Source: Zootoca vivipara (Eukaryota). Taken from it: 64,000 nt of DNA. The notes under the pieces are model-generated. The model made no database searches. It was not told the DNA's origin and saw only the letters and a program-made list of their open reading frames with translations. The stretch lies in contig NC_083292.1 of the NCBI RefSeq assembly GCF_963506605.1, forward strand, positions 35,836,001-35,900,000, given 5' to 3'. The position numbers were made by a program, and so were the translations under genes. Position 1 is the first letter of the stretch, and each line of letters starts with the position of its first letter. This document shows positions 36,782 to 49,522 of this stretch, piece after piece.

Positions 36782-37727
36782 AAGCATCATTAGGGTGCTG
36801 TAAATAGCCATGGATATTTAAAGTCCCCAAAGAATGGGAACTGCAGTTTGTTAAGGGGGCAAAAAGTTGTTAGGGGACTCCTATTCCCAGCAGAGAATTA
36901 TAATTTCCAGGGTGCTTTAACAAACAACTCTTTAACAAACAAGGGAACTCTGGAAATTCTGGCTTTCAAAAGGTGAATAACTTCAGCTTCCAGAAAAAAA
37001 TATACAAGTTCCCCACCATGCTCATTTCTGATGTCACATAAATTGCTTTGAGGGGACCTGCACATCTTTTCCTGTAATTCCCCCCCCCCCAAATGGCTAG
37101 AGATTCTGGGTTGCCCCAGCCACTCTGAGTGGCTTCCAACATATATAAAACGTAACAAAACATTAGACATTTAAAAATGGCCCTATACAGGGTTGCCTTC
37201 AGGTGTCTTCTAAAGGTTGTATAATTACTTATCTCCTAGGCTCAGGGGTTGTATAACTCCATACCCTCCAACATTTCTTCAATGAAAATAGGGACATCCT
37301 AAGGAAAAGTGGGACATTCTGGGACCAAATCAGAGACTGGGTGAGCTTCTGTACATCAAGGACTTTCCCCAGGAAAACAAAGACACTTGGGGGCTCTATC
37401 GTAGTTTCTCTTTCTTTGTATTTTCATTTTTTAAAAAAATGCTGTATATTTAAAAACAGAACGAAAGGAAATAAGTCCCACTTTCCCTCCCAACGAGACT
37501 CCTTCCCAAGCCAACGGAACACAGTGTACAATCCCCGGAGGGAAGAAATGGGGGGGGGGAATGAACATGTTGTGTAATAAGCTGATTACAGAGTTGGCAT
37601 CCTGACAACATTTGGCTTATTAAAGCAATTTTAGACTATGATGGAAGCAGCAGATTTTGATCGTGGATAATTGAGACATTAAGTGTGAAGGGGCGTCTCC
37701 CAACCATTAAGGACTCCATGAGGATGC

Positions 37728-37811
37728 TATAAAAGCTCTCCTTCTTCCACGGCTCACCAACAGCTTCACCTCTCATCATCTCTCAACTTCCCACTCATCA
37801 AAACAACACAG
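37728..37811 (+). promoter_or_regulatory. g5 core promoter and non-coding exon 1
   Basis: TATAAAA 37728-37734, ACAGCTT 37760-37766, donor CAG|GTAAGC at 37811/37812. Confidence 0.85.
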
Positions 37812-38959
37812 GTAAGCTTGGCTTGTCCAAGTCCTTGCATAGATCAAATGGGTAAAAACTAGAGGAAGGTCAATATTGGTTGGACATAGCACAGTTTGTA
37901 GGAAAGCAAGGAGCACAGGAAGCTGCCTTATATCGATTCAGATGATTGGTCTATCTAGCTCATTATTGTCTACACCAGGAGTGGGAAACTTTTGGTCCTC
38001 CAGAGGTTGCTGAGCTATGTCTCCTGTCATCCTTAGCAAGCATGGCCAATGGCCAGGGATGATGGATGTAGTAGTTCAGCAGTCCCTGGAGGGTAAAAGA
38101 TTCCCCACAACTGGTGTATACTGGGTTCCACATTGGGCGTATCTGCCAACCCTACCTGAAGATGCTGGGGATTGAACCAGGGCCTTCTGCCTACAAAGTA
38201 GATGCTTTAAACAGAGCCAGAATCATTCCCCAAAGAAACCGATTGGTTTGATGAAGGAAGTGATCGACTAGACAGTTGGGTAGTCAATATCTCCTGCACT
38301 GGAGGTCTGGATTGATGGCTATAGGAATTGATGGTGTAAAAAGCTACAGTTCTGTGATTCTATGAAATATTACTTTATGGAGAGCTTTTAGAATAGTTAC
38401 ACTGATTCATCTCAGAAGAAGCTCCAGTTTGCTTCCATTTACTTATACCTGCCAACGTAGGACTTGTCTCGGAGATTTTAAATACCAATGGCCATTTATA
38501 CTAAATCTTCATGGTGTATTTGTGCTACCTAGTTCCTTTGAAGTATTTCTCTTAGACTTCCACACACATGTCTAGCTCTTTTGAATTTCCAACGCCTTTC
38601 TACAGTTAGCTGGGGATTTAGAATTCCACATTCTCAGCATGTTTTATTCTATATGCTTGGAATGTCTACCTATGACACAAACCTAAAACTGATTTAATAG
38701 TTCTTCTCTCTTTGGAAACAGAGATGTAATTCTGTGTGGGAGGGGGAAGAGATTTATGCCAGGATCCTCATCTAAATAGCAGTATTGCGAACTGCTGTTG
38801 GATCAGGCAAATGGCCCATTGAGTTCAGCATCCTGTTCTCACATAGTCCAATCAGATGCCTGTTGAAAACCCACCCATAAGATCCACATGCAATTGCAAT
38901 CTCCCTTTCTGGAGTTTCCAGCAACTGGTATTTAGAAGCATGCTGCCGATTTCTGATAG

Positions 38960-39350
38960 GCCACGCCTCCCCACCCCCATAGTATCTATTTTCAAAAATA
39001 AAATGTTCCCACTGGCCCGCAAAGACTGGTATAATTTAGGTGTAATTACAAACGATATTCCTGGCAATCAAAGGAAAGTATTCCTCTATGCAACAACAGC
39101 TGCCAGGATGCTCATAGCAAAATATTGGAAAGGGAGGGAAATCCCATCAATAAAAGAACGGCAAATTAAACTTTGTGAATATATAAATTTGGCAAGATTT
39201 ACAGCATCCTTAAGGGGATAATCGGACCAAAAATGAGCAAAAGAATGGGATTGTGTTAAAGAATATATGAAAAAAACATTGTTCTGGAGTAAGTATATCA
39301 GTATGTAACGAAAGAAGCTTTGCAGGGTTAAAGAAATTGAAAAACCAGGG
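38960..39350 (+). mobile_element. L1 ORF2 3' fragment in g5 intron
   Basis: FLYATTAARMLIAKYWK motif; mirror ~59080-59460. Confidence 0.75.
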
Positions 39351-39507
39351 GCTTGGTTCCCATGCTTGTCATAATTTAAGCAGACCCATTTAAATCAATG
39401 GACATGTCTACTCAGATTGGTAGTTGGATGCAACCCATAGTTTTCATTGCTTGTTTCTTGGATATGATGTTACATATGTGCCTGCCTATGTCTTTCCAGA
39501 CTCAACC

Positions 39508-40029
39508 ATGGCTTCCTGTGGACCATCCTGCGCTGTCCCATCTTGTGCTTCCACCCCAGTCGTTGGTTTTGGATCAGCCGGTCTTGGTGGCTTTGGCGGT
39601 GGCCTTGGCGGTGGCCTTGGCGGTGGCCTTGGCGGTGGATTTGGCTATGGTTCTGGCTATGGCTTTGGCTCCGGTGCACTGGTTGGATCCGGCGTCCCTT
39701 CTGCTAGTCTTGGTATTCTTTCTGGAGTCCAGCCTTCATGCGTCAACCAGATCCCACCAGCAGAGGTCGTGATCCAGCCACCCGCCTCCATCGTGACCAT
39801 CCCAGGACCCATCCTCTCTGCCAGTTGCGAGCCTGTGTCTGTCGGAGGCAACACCCCATGTGCTGCTGGTGGTTATGGATCCGGATTTGGCAGCGGATTT
39901 GGCAGTGGATTTGGCAGAGGTCTCTATGGTGGTGCCGGTCCTCTGGGGTCTAGCTCTGGTGCTTGGGGGGGCCGTGGCCGTTATGGGTTTGTGGGGCGTA
40001 GAGGCAGCATCTGCTATACCCCCTGCTAA
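39508..40029 (+). CDS. Corneous beta-protein g5, 173 aa
   Basis: Near-identical to g4 with one extra GGGL repeat and two substitutions; acceptor AG 39498-39499; AATAAA 40541-40546. Confidence 0.95.
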   Translation: MASCGPSCAVPSCASTPVVGFGSAGLGGFGGGLGGGLGGGLGGGFGYGSGYGFGSGALVGSGVPSASLGILSGVQPSCVNQIPPAEVVIQPPASIVTIPGPILSASCEPVSVGGNTPCAAGGYGSGFGSGFGSGFGRGLYGGAGPLGSSSGAWGGRGRYGFVGRRGSICYTPC

Positions 40030-40856
40030 GCTCTCATGGTCTGTCAGCAAGGAGGAAAGAAAAAGAGATCTAGGGTGGACTATTTAGGTCTGATTTTAGA
40101 TATGCTGAGCACCCTAACTCCCTAGGCAATCCCAAGGGGAGCTGGGAGAGTGTTCTGCATCCCTTGTAATCAGGCCCATCTAGAACATGCAGCTGTTTCC
40201 AGTTTAATTTTATCTTACTTTCCCCTGTTTGTTACTTTCCTTTATGATATTTATTTGCCTACATCTCTTTGAAGCACACCAATTCCCATCAGGAAGAAAA
40301 GCACAAGATCCATTCACTATGTCCATGAAATTAGCACCAAAGTGTATATATTTATAATTGGGACTTAATGTAAAGGAAGGTGGAAATAATGTTCTATAAA
40401 TGTAGAAGCCCCTACTCTTCCTCCAGCCTGAAAAAATAATTCTAAACGAGAAGCTGTTCGCTGAATTGCGTTCATTTTTGCTTAATTGTCTTCCAGTATG
40501 CTTAGTATTCACTTGAATACTTTTACTGTTTGAAATTCCCAATAAAACTTTTTCTGCATCATAGCACCGACTTTCTGGTTTTGTTTTCTGTGGCAGCACA
40601 ATGCTATACATGTCTACCAATAAATAAGTTCCTTTCAATGCAACTTACTCAAAAGTAAGCTGGTTCAGGATCACAACCATAAGACCATAACACATATCTT
40701 CTTGGATTGGTTCAAGTGCTCACCATCCTGTTAACAGTGCAGCAAGTATTTCAGAACTTGCCACCTTAATATCATCAGAACCCTTGAATGTTGGAGAAGG
40801 TGAAAGAGATATCATGGGACTACTTACCAACAGAGAATATTGATAAGGCATAGAAC

Positions 40857-42601
40857 CAGGGGCGTACCCAGGATCAAAACTAGGGGGGGGGCAAGCCATG
40901 GTCATTCAGGGGCGGGGCCAAGGCACGGGAGGGGAGGGGCCACAAAGTGGGAATGTGGGCGGGGCTACAGGGGCAGTGGGCCCGACGACTCGGCGGCGGC
41001 GGCTGCAGCCGCTAAATGAACCCCCTAAACTCTCTCACACGAAATTCCCCTGCTCTGAAGCAGGGCTGTTTCTAGGCCCGGGTCCGGTGGCGCGGGGCAC
41101 CAGGCCACCAGGGGCGCCGCTGCGTCTGCTTAGAGGCATGGCAGAGGCCGCCCCAGGCGCACCTCTCAGCTGTTCAGCAGCTTCAGGCTGCTTTCCGGAG
41201 GCGCGCAGGCCTGGGGCCGCCTCTGTCGCACGCAGGGGCGTCACAACAGGGGGCGGGCAGCACCCCCTGGCCCAGGGCCAGCCCTACGGCCAGGCTGGGT
41301 TGCGCAGGGTTTCGGCCCTCCAGGCGGCAGCTGCGCAGTGAGCTGCGCCCGCCGCGCCGGGAAACGGGGCGGGGTGGGGGCGCCAGAGGGATCCGTCACA
41401 GCACGGTGCCAGGGCGCCAGGTATGCTTAAGACGGCCCTGCTCTGAAAACACTGCTCCCATTTATGGCTAGCCAGCCCCCTGAAAAACCCTTTTGGGCCC
41501 CGCTTTTCCTCCTCCAGGTTCCCCCCGAAGCCTTGCCAGTTCCCACCCTATATATCTGGGATGGGGAAGGAGCTCAGAAGTCTGCTAGTCCTGGGGGGCC
41601 ATCCCCCCGTGGCCTGGGAGGATACTGAGACCCCCCCACCAAGCTGAGACCCCCAAAGAAGAAGAAGAAGCTGCCACCGCCGCCTCCCTACCACAAGGGA
41701 GCAAAAGATGGGAAAGGTGGGGTGGCGCAGTGCAGGCGAGCGAGCCCCCCCCCAGCTGCGATCCTACGGTGGCGGCAGCTGCTCCCCCGCCCTCAACGCC
41801 CCTCTCTCGGCAGGGGCAGCAAGGGAGAGCGGCTGGGGGGGCGCATTGCAAAGAAGGAAACAGCAGCCATTGCCCGGAGAGGGCAATGCACGCAGGGGGG
41901 GGGCGAAGAGCTGTGCCGCCCCACAAGGCAGCTCCTTTCCTATTGTTGGGGGTGGGGGGGCGGCGAGGAAGGGTCACTGACGCTGGGCTACTCCTGCCGC
42001 CGGCAATCCGGCGCAAACACCCCCAGGCAGCTTCCTTGCAGCAGCCACGACCACCGCCTTCGGGCGCCGCCCCCGACTCCTCCCTTGCGGGCTTCTGCCC
42101 GCCGAGGCTGAACTGGCTCCTGTCGGTGCACTTCCTCTCCCGGCCCAGGAGGAGTCTCAGTAGCAACTCCTAACTCAGTGGGGGTAGGGGGTTCGGAGGG
42201 GGGGGGAAGGGGGCGATTCCCAGCCCGCGGCGCCGATGATCGCAGTGCAGCCTACCAGGAGGCAGAGTGCAGCAGCGGCTGCAACCAATGCAGGGAGCCG
42301 CGTCTCCTTCGCTTGCCAGCCCAGCAGAACTTTTAGGCAGGAGAGGTTGCCGTCCGGCAGGGCTTTCCTTTGGGAGGCGCGAAGGCTTTAGTGGGTGGGA
42401 ATTGGTGCAAATGTAGGCAGGGCGGGCTGAGAGGAGGAGCCGCCGCCGAGGAGCCGTGGCACCAGCAGCGTTTCCTCCCCCCCCTCCCGTGTCAACAAGC
42501 GGGGCGCCTGTGCAGGGTATTTGCTTCCCTAGTCGGGCCCGTGGTTTGGCCTTCTAGGGGGGGCAGCTGCACCCCCCTGCCCCATGCTGGGTACACCCAT
42601 G
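40857..42601. mobile_element. GC/CpG-rich non-autonomous hAT element (1745 bp, right arm only)
   Basis: TIR CAGGGGCGTACCCAG / CTGGGTACACCCATG, 8-bp TSD CATAGAAC; empty site at ~26835. Confidence 0.85.
41061..41440. mobile_element. Nested hAT MITE
   Basis: Ends CAGGGCTGT / ACGGCCCTG, 8-bp TSD CTCTGAAG/CTCTGAAA. Confidence 0.75.
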
Positions 42602-42688
42602 CATAGAACTAAGAAATCAAGAGAGAGGTATCACTGTTTTTTAAGAAGGTCTATTCAGCAATGGGGGGGGGGACTTCAAATTTGGATT

Positions 42689-43037
42689 AAAGGTAGAGGG
42701 ACCCCTGACCATTAGGTCCAGTCGCGGACGACTCTGGGGTTGCAGCGCTCATCTCACTTTATTGGCTGAGGGAGCCGCCGTAGAGCTTCCAGGTCATGTG
42801 GCCAGGATGACTAAGCTGCTTCTGGCAAACCAGAGCAGCACACGGAAACGCCGTTTACCTTCCTGCTGGAGCAGTACCTATTTATCTACTTGCACTTTGA
42901 CGTGCTTTCAAACTGCTAGGTTGGCAGGAGCTGGGACCGAGCAACGGGCTCACCCCGTCACAGGGATTCAAACTGCCAACCTTCTGATCGGCAAGCCCTA
43001 GGCTCAGTGGTTTAACCCACAGCACCACCCGTGTCCC
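42689..43037 (-). mobile_element. Sauria SINE (intact copy)
   Basis: Head GGGACACGGGTGGTGCTGTGG, ACCTTT tail. Confidence 0.9.
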
Positions 43038-46000
43038 CAGCATTGATAAGGCATAGAACCAAGGAAATAAAGAGAGAGGTATCACTGTTTTTTTTAAGAT
43101 GGTCTGTCTCAGCAAGAGGGGAAAACTTCAAATTTGGATTAGAGGGACATTTAATGAACATTCCATTCATTTCTTAGATTCTGTAGATCAAATTGATTTA
43201 CTGATAGCAAATATCTATAAAAACTGACCACTGGCTTTTTAGTCTCAAAGGATTTAACCAATTGTTCTAATACCTCTGGTGTATTAGATGCTGGGAAGGC
43301 TGCCAAAGGCCTGAGAGAAGAGGAATGTTTTTGCCTGGCACCTAAAGATATTTAATGAAGGCATCAGTTGAACCTCCTTGGGGAAAGCATTCCAAAAACA
43401 GAGAACCACAAAAGAAAATGTCCATTTTCTTTTTGCTTTCCATCAGACCTCTCATGGAGTAACTTAAGACGAGTCTCAGATGGTGATCCCAGGTACTGGG
43501 TCAGTTCATATGGGCAGAGGTGGTCCTTGAGATATTGCAGTCCTGAGCCATTTAAGGCTTCATTGGGCCAAGAAACTAATTAGCCAGTGGAGTCAGTGGA
43601 GTCAGGAGTTATATGCTCAAACCATCCTGCCCTAGTGAGCAACCCAGCCACCAAATTCTGCACCAGCTGATGTTTCTGAACTGTTTTCAGAGGCAGCTTC
43701 TAACCTAGTGGTAGAGGCAACAGAGGTTAGGCCAGTGATGGCCAAACTTGGCCCTCCAGCTGTTTGGGACTACGATTCCCATCATCCCTGACCACTGGTC
43801 CTGTTAGCTAGGGATCATGGGAGTTGTAGTCCCAAACCAGCTGGAGGGACAAGCTTGGCCATCACTGGGTTAGGCTATCCCTGTTCAGATAGCAGCTCAG
43901 CTGGCTCACCAGCCAAATCTGATGAAAGGCACTCCATGCCACCGAGGCCAAATGAACCTCAAGTGACAGCAATGGAACCAGAAGGACCTCCAAGCTGTTC
44001 CTTCGGGAGCTATGTAACCAGGCCACCTCCCATCTATCCAGTCTACGGAACCACCCACTAACTGTATCTCAGTCTTATCTGGACTGAGCTTCAGTTTATT
44101 GGCTCTCAGTCAGTCCATTACCAAGGCAAGATAACTGCCTGGCACTTCCACTGACAAGCCTTGATATATTAATTTTAGAAACCTAGGATAAAATACTAAC
44201 TGCTGACAGACAGGAAAAATTGGGGTTTTTTGCCCTTCCGGATTTGGAGTTGTACCGTGTGGCAGCAGGTTTAGTCTGGTTAAAAGAATGGATAACCTTA
44301 AATGACCCAGAGATATTAGACCTAGAAGGGGTGGATTACCAATATGGTTTGCATTCATACTTAATATATGATAAAGTTAAAGTCCACAAGGGTTTCTTGA
44401 ACCACTTGGTAAGGAAGTCACTATACCTGATTTGGTCAAAGTATAAGGGAATTCTGGAGCCCAAGATCCCTCTGTGGGTATCACCAAAAGAGGTTGTAAC
44501 AGTGCCATTATCTTGATATATAAACGAGAAGTAGAGCTGTGTGTCATAAGCATATCCGGCACTGTGGTGCAAAACTCCCTCTGGTTCCCACCCCCACCCC
44601 CATTCCCCAGAGTTGTTGATCTTTTTCTTGGGAGGATGGTTGCAGGGCTAGAGGAGGCGGGCAGCGGCTGGAGGGCAGCTCCTCTGGCGGGGAAGAGGCA
44701 GAGGCTGGATGCGGTGCCTTCCAGCTCAGCTGGCCACTTCGTGTCGCGGTGGCAACGGCAGGCGGAGGCTCCGGGAGCGGCGCTGCTTCGGGCGAGGGTG
44801 GCGAGTTGATCTTGGCTGGCGCCACATCCAGCCTCTGCCTCTTCCCTGGCACCCTCCAGAACTTGGCACCCTGGCGCTCTGTGCCACTAGCCTCTATGGG
44901 TAAGACACCCCTGCTGAAGACCCACTCCAAAACTCCAGATAACCCCACTCAGCAGTTTCATGCAGATGTTAAACAGCATGAGGGATAAAATCAAACCCTC
45001 ACGGAGCCAAAGAGCACTTCCCAAGCACCACCCACAGGAAATCTAAGTAGGACCGGAACCACTGCAGAACAGTGCCACTCACGTTTATCTTAGGCTGGAT
45101 CTAGACACATCCAAGAAGTGTTTCACTTTCTACCACATGTGGTGGTTATGTAAGAAAATACAGGTATTCTGGGAGAGTATTCACTCAGAACTGCAAAAAA
45201 TGATAAAGATCTCCTTTAATAAAAAACCAGAAGCCTGTCTCCTGGGAATTACAGATTTGGGTATTCTGCAAAAAATCTTTTTATATGCTACGGTGGCAGC
45301 AAGAGTTCTCATAGCAGCAAAATGGAAGAGCATTGAACTTCCCTCTATACATGAATGGATCCAAAAGCTGACAGAATATGCCGAATTAGATGGTCTATCA
45401 GAAAAAAATAAAGAATAAACCAAAACAGGAATTTGTTTCAAAATGAGAGGTTTTCAAATAATATTTGAAATATGATTACAGTAGTTTAAACTCTGTTGCA
45501 GCATTCAAGGAACTTCAGTAATAATTGCAAGTTAGACATAAGAGTTATGATATATTAAGAAAAAGTTAAATTATGATAAAAGTGTGTACGTATTGGAAAT
45601 TAGTAATATGAAAATGAAATAAGGAATAGAAGGGAGGTTAGGTCTATAGTGTTAAGACCAACTTATTTTTTATTGTTTGGTAAGAAAATTTTGTGTTTAT
45701 TGTTATTCTTGTGTGTAATTCTGTATCTGAGTTTTCTTTTTTCTTTTTGTATCAATAAAAATACTTTTTAAAAAAGAAGTGTTTCAGTGAAATGCATTGC
45801 AAACTTTGCATGAGAAATCAGGTTGGCGAAAACAGAACTCCACAGCACCATCTGGTGTTAGAATGCATAAACAATGCATATAAAAACACTTTTTCTTTGC
45901 CAGTGTTCACCAGATTATGAGTCCACTGCTTTTAACCACTACACCACACTGGCTCTAAGTTATTGCTTTAGCATGGCAAGTTAGTAATTCTAACACTTGG

Positions 46001-48382
46001 AACAAAGAGATGGGATGTTTGTGTTTGGCTTGCTAGGGAAGCAACTTTAGAATATATGAAAGTGTACTGTAGCCTGTGTGAGAACTGGTCAAGGCTAGAA
46101 CCACCTATCCAACCTATTTATCACAGTATTTTGCAGGAGGGTGAAACAAGGCATTATTCCAGAAATCCTTGTCAAGATTCTGTGGAACTGCAGTAAGCTC
46201 CTATTTGGATTTTATGAATATACAAAGACATACATGGAACAGAAACTTGCAAATATTTGGACTCTATGAATGAACTGATCTATTGGGACTTCCGTTTACT
46301 TTGTTACACTTTATGTGTTCACTATGTGCAAGAGAAATATTTGATACTGTGATGAATACAGAAGAGCATTGTTTATGTGAAAGCACAGCCAGTTACGTTT
46401 TGTGTGTTTGATCCTGATCGTAGACAAAGGATGTGAAAGCTGCGGTCCTCCAGTTTGGAAGAACTACAGTACTATAGTACCCATCAGTCCCAGCAAGCAT
46501 GGCTGATAGGAGCTGTAGTCCAATGACATCTAGTTGGCTGTAGCACCTGCAGGCACCTGATCCCTGTCTTAGACAAAAACAGTTACACCCAAAGGAGGCT
46601 GTGACAGAGGTTCTACCTGTACCATTATCCTTCTGGTCAAATTGGTTTATGGGCCGAATAGGTAATGCCTTTTCTATGATTCTCCCAAATGATGGAATAC
46701 AATTTCCATTTAAATGAGAATTGTCTCACCTGTGCATTAAAAAAAAATTAAGCAGGTTTTAATTGGTATTGTTTTGAGTTACCTTTTCATAGAATCATAG
46801 AAACGTAGAGTTGGAAGGGACCCCAAGGGTTCTAGTGCAACCCCCTGCAATGGAGGAATCTCAGCTAAAGCATCCATGACAGATGGTCATCCAACGTCTG
46901 CTTCAAAACCTCCAAGGAAGGAGAGTCCACAACCTCCTGAGAGAGACTGTTTCGCAGTCAAACAGCTCCTACTGTCAGAAAGTACTTCCGGGTGTTTAGA
47001 TGGAATCTTCTTTCTTGTAACTTGAAGCCCTTGGTTCAAATCCTGCCCTCAAGAGCAAGAGAAAAACAAGATTGTTCCCTCTTCCATGTGAAAGCCCTTG
47101 AGATATTTGAAGAGGGCTATCCTTTCTCCTCGGTCTCCTCTTTTCCAAGCTAAGCATGCCCAGCTCCTTCAACCATTTTTCATAAAGCTTTGTTTTCTTT
47201 GAGGAAAGGGCTGTAGCTCAGTTGTAGAACACCTGCTTTGCATGCAAAAGGTCCCAGGATCAATCCCTATCATCTCCAGGGAGTGCTAGGAAAAGGACTC
47301 CTGTCTTAAACTCTGGGAGATGCTACAGCCATTATAGACCTTACCGAGCTAGGTAGACCAATGGCCTGACTTTGTATAAGGCAGCTTCTTGATTTTTTAA
47401 CTGGGGTCATTTAAGGCTGGGTTCATTTAACTGGTAAGTTGTTTTTAAATGACTAACTTTTATTTGCTGGAATGCATGTCGATTTTGGGTGTCTCTTATC
47501 TGCTTTAAAGAATTCTTGAGCTTTTCTCATATAGTAGCTTGATATATTCTGCTTATCTCCTCTCATAATTCTAGAACTTGGGGCCATGCAATGAAGTTGA
47601 ATGTCAGAAGATCCAGGACAAGGGGTGGGGCAATGACTTCTTCAAATAGGGCATATTTAAACTACAAAATTCTTTCACACAATGGTTAAGAGATGGTCAT
47701 CAAATTGGATGCCTCTAAGACAGGGTTAGACAAATTCATGGGGGATAAATGACTACCAGCCATTATCTCTATATGTCCTCTCCCCACTGTTGGGGGTAGC
47801 CTATCTCTGAATGCTAGTTGCTTAGAAACACAAGTAGGGAATGATGCTGTTGCACTTATGACATGCTTGTGAGCTTCCCACTGGGTCATCTGGGCTGTGT
47901 GAGAACAGGGTCATTGATAAGATGGGCCTTTGATCTGATCCAGCAGGCCTACCCTTATCTCCTTGTAAGAGATGTGCCCCTAAGAGCAACTTGCCCGAAA
48001 GTGTATGCTTGCACTGATAAAAAAAGATAATGTCCCAATGAGGTGCCAAACTAAGAGAGTCAATTCAGAATGAACTTTAATGGAAACATGAAAAGTGTCA
48101 AGCAGGCAATTGTAAAAGAAGCAGGACAGGAACAAGGCAAAGGAACACACTATACAATGTGGCTCTCAACTTCTTCTTGGTCTGGAGGGTCTAGTGGGAA
48201 AGCATGAGAAAGGAAAGATGACAGAGACTCGTGTAAATGCTGTTGGCTTAGATGATGGTCCCAGAAACTCAGATTTTCCAGAATCCAAGGTGAGACACTC
48301 AATAATGGATAGGCATGATCTTCACCCATTCAGGGTCATTCAAATCATCATCACACAGATTTTCTTCAAGAGTTCAATATAT

Positions 48383-48871
48383 CTAATTGCACACACTACC
48401 ACGACGCCCCAGCAGGGATCTCCTTCCAAAGAGGCCACCCCTCCTCAAACCATAGCCCCAAGAGCTTCCAATGAGGCCATCCCCATAGCCCCACCCACCG
48501 TAACCATAGCCTCCTACGATCCCGGAACCACCAACAGCACATGGAGTGTTGCCTCCAACAGACACGGGCTCACAGCTGGCAGAGAGGATGGGCCCTGGGA
48601 TGGTCAGGACGGAGGCAGGTGGCTGGATCACGACCTCTGCTGGTGGGATCTGGTTGACGCATGATGGGGCAACTCCTGCCAGGACTCCGAGGTTGGTTGC
48701 TCTTTCAGCACCTCCATAACCATAGCCAAGACCTCCATATCCGTAGCCTAGACCTCCATATCCATACCCAAGACCTCCATACCCATAGCCAAGACCTCCT
48801 GCTGATCCAAATCCAACAGTGGGGGTGGAAGCACAGGATGGGACAGCACAGAATGGACCACAGTCAACCAT
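48383..48871 (-). CDS. Corneous beta-protein g6, 162 aa (mirror of g3)
   Basis: Same core as g3, four GGLGYGY repeats; acceptor ending 48890; ATTAAA 48081-48076. Confidence 0.95.
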   Translation of the reverse strand: MVDCGPFCAVPSCASTPTVGFGSAGGLGYGYGGLGYGYGGLGYGYGGLGYGYGGAERATNLGVLAGVAPSCVNQIPPAEVVIQPPASVLTIPGPILSASCEPVSVGGNTPCAVGGSGIVGGYGYGGWGYGDGLIGSSWGYGLRRGGLFGRRSLLGRRGSVCN

Positions 48872-49212
48872 TGTTGGGTAGAGATGAGTCTGAAACCAAG
48901 AAGAACATGGGAGCAAATGAACATGTGGAATGCCACTCCAATGGGGTATGCAGGGGACATTTAAATCAGCTGCCTTTGACAGTTCTAAAATTATGCCCCA
49001 ATGCTTGGATTCTTTATTGTTTTCTCTTCTTTTCACCACCACCCTTCTCTTCATTGTGGGTCCCAAATCCAAATACTAGCAACTCCAGGAATGTCTGAGA
49101 ATGTCATCTATCTGAAACTCTGGAGAATAGTTTCCAGTCAGTGAGGACAAAAGTGAACTAGAAGGTCCAATGGTCTATCTTGGTAAAAAGCAACTCCCAA
49201 AGTTTCTATTTA

Positions 49213-49522
49213 GAGACGCGGGTGGCGCTGTGGTCTAAAGCACAGAGCCTAGGGCTTGCTGATCGGAAGGTCGGCGGTTCAAATCCCCACGACAGGCGAG
49301 CTCCCGTTGCTTGGTCCCAGCTCCTGCCAACCTAGCAGTTCGAAAGCACGTCCGAGTGCAAGTAGATAAATAGGTACCACTCAGGCGGGAAAGTAAACTG
49401 TGTTTCTGTGTGCTGCTCTGGTTCACCACATGAACCTTGGCCAGTAAAGCGAGATGAGCACTGCAAACCCAGGGTCGTCCACAACTGGACCTAATGGACA
49501 GGGGTCCCTTTACCTTTACCTT
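49213..49522 (+). mobile_element. Sauria SINE in g6 intron
   Basis: Mirror of 18548-18858; TSD AAGTTTCTATTTA. Confidence 0.9.

Larger units (their letters stand above)
33801..40105 (+). repeat. Left arm of second inverted repeat (g5 with its upstream region)
   Basis: Reverse complement of 58340-64000; mirror ORFs 34723..35082- vs 63533..63892+, 38856..39221+ vs 59175..59579-. Confidence 0.9.

Noticed and set aside
40898-42606. Several 70-190-aa ORFs in the GC-rich block
   Set aside because: Expected from stop-codon scarcity in a GC-rich transposon; no transposase or other recognisable motif
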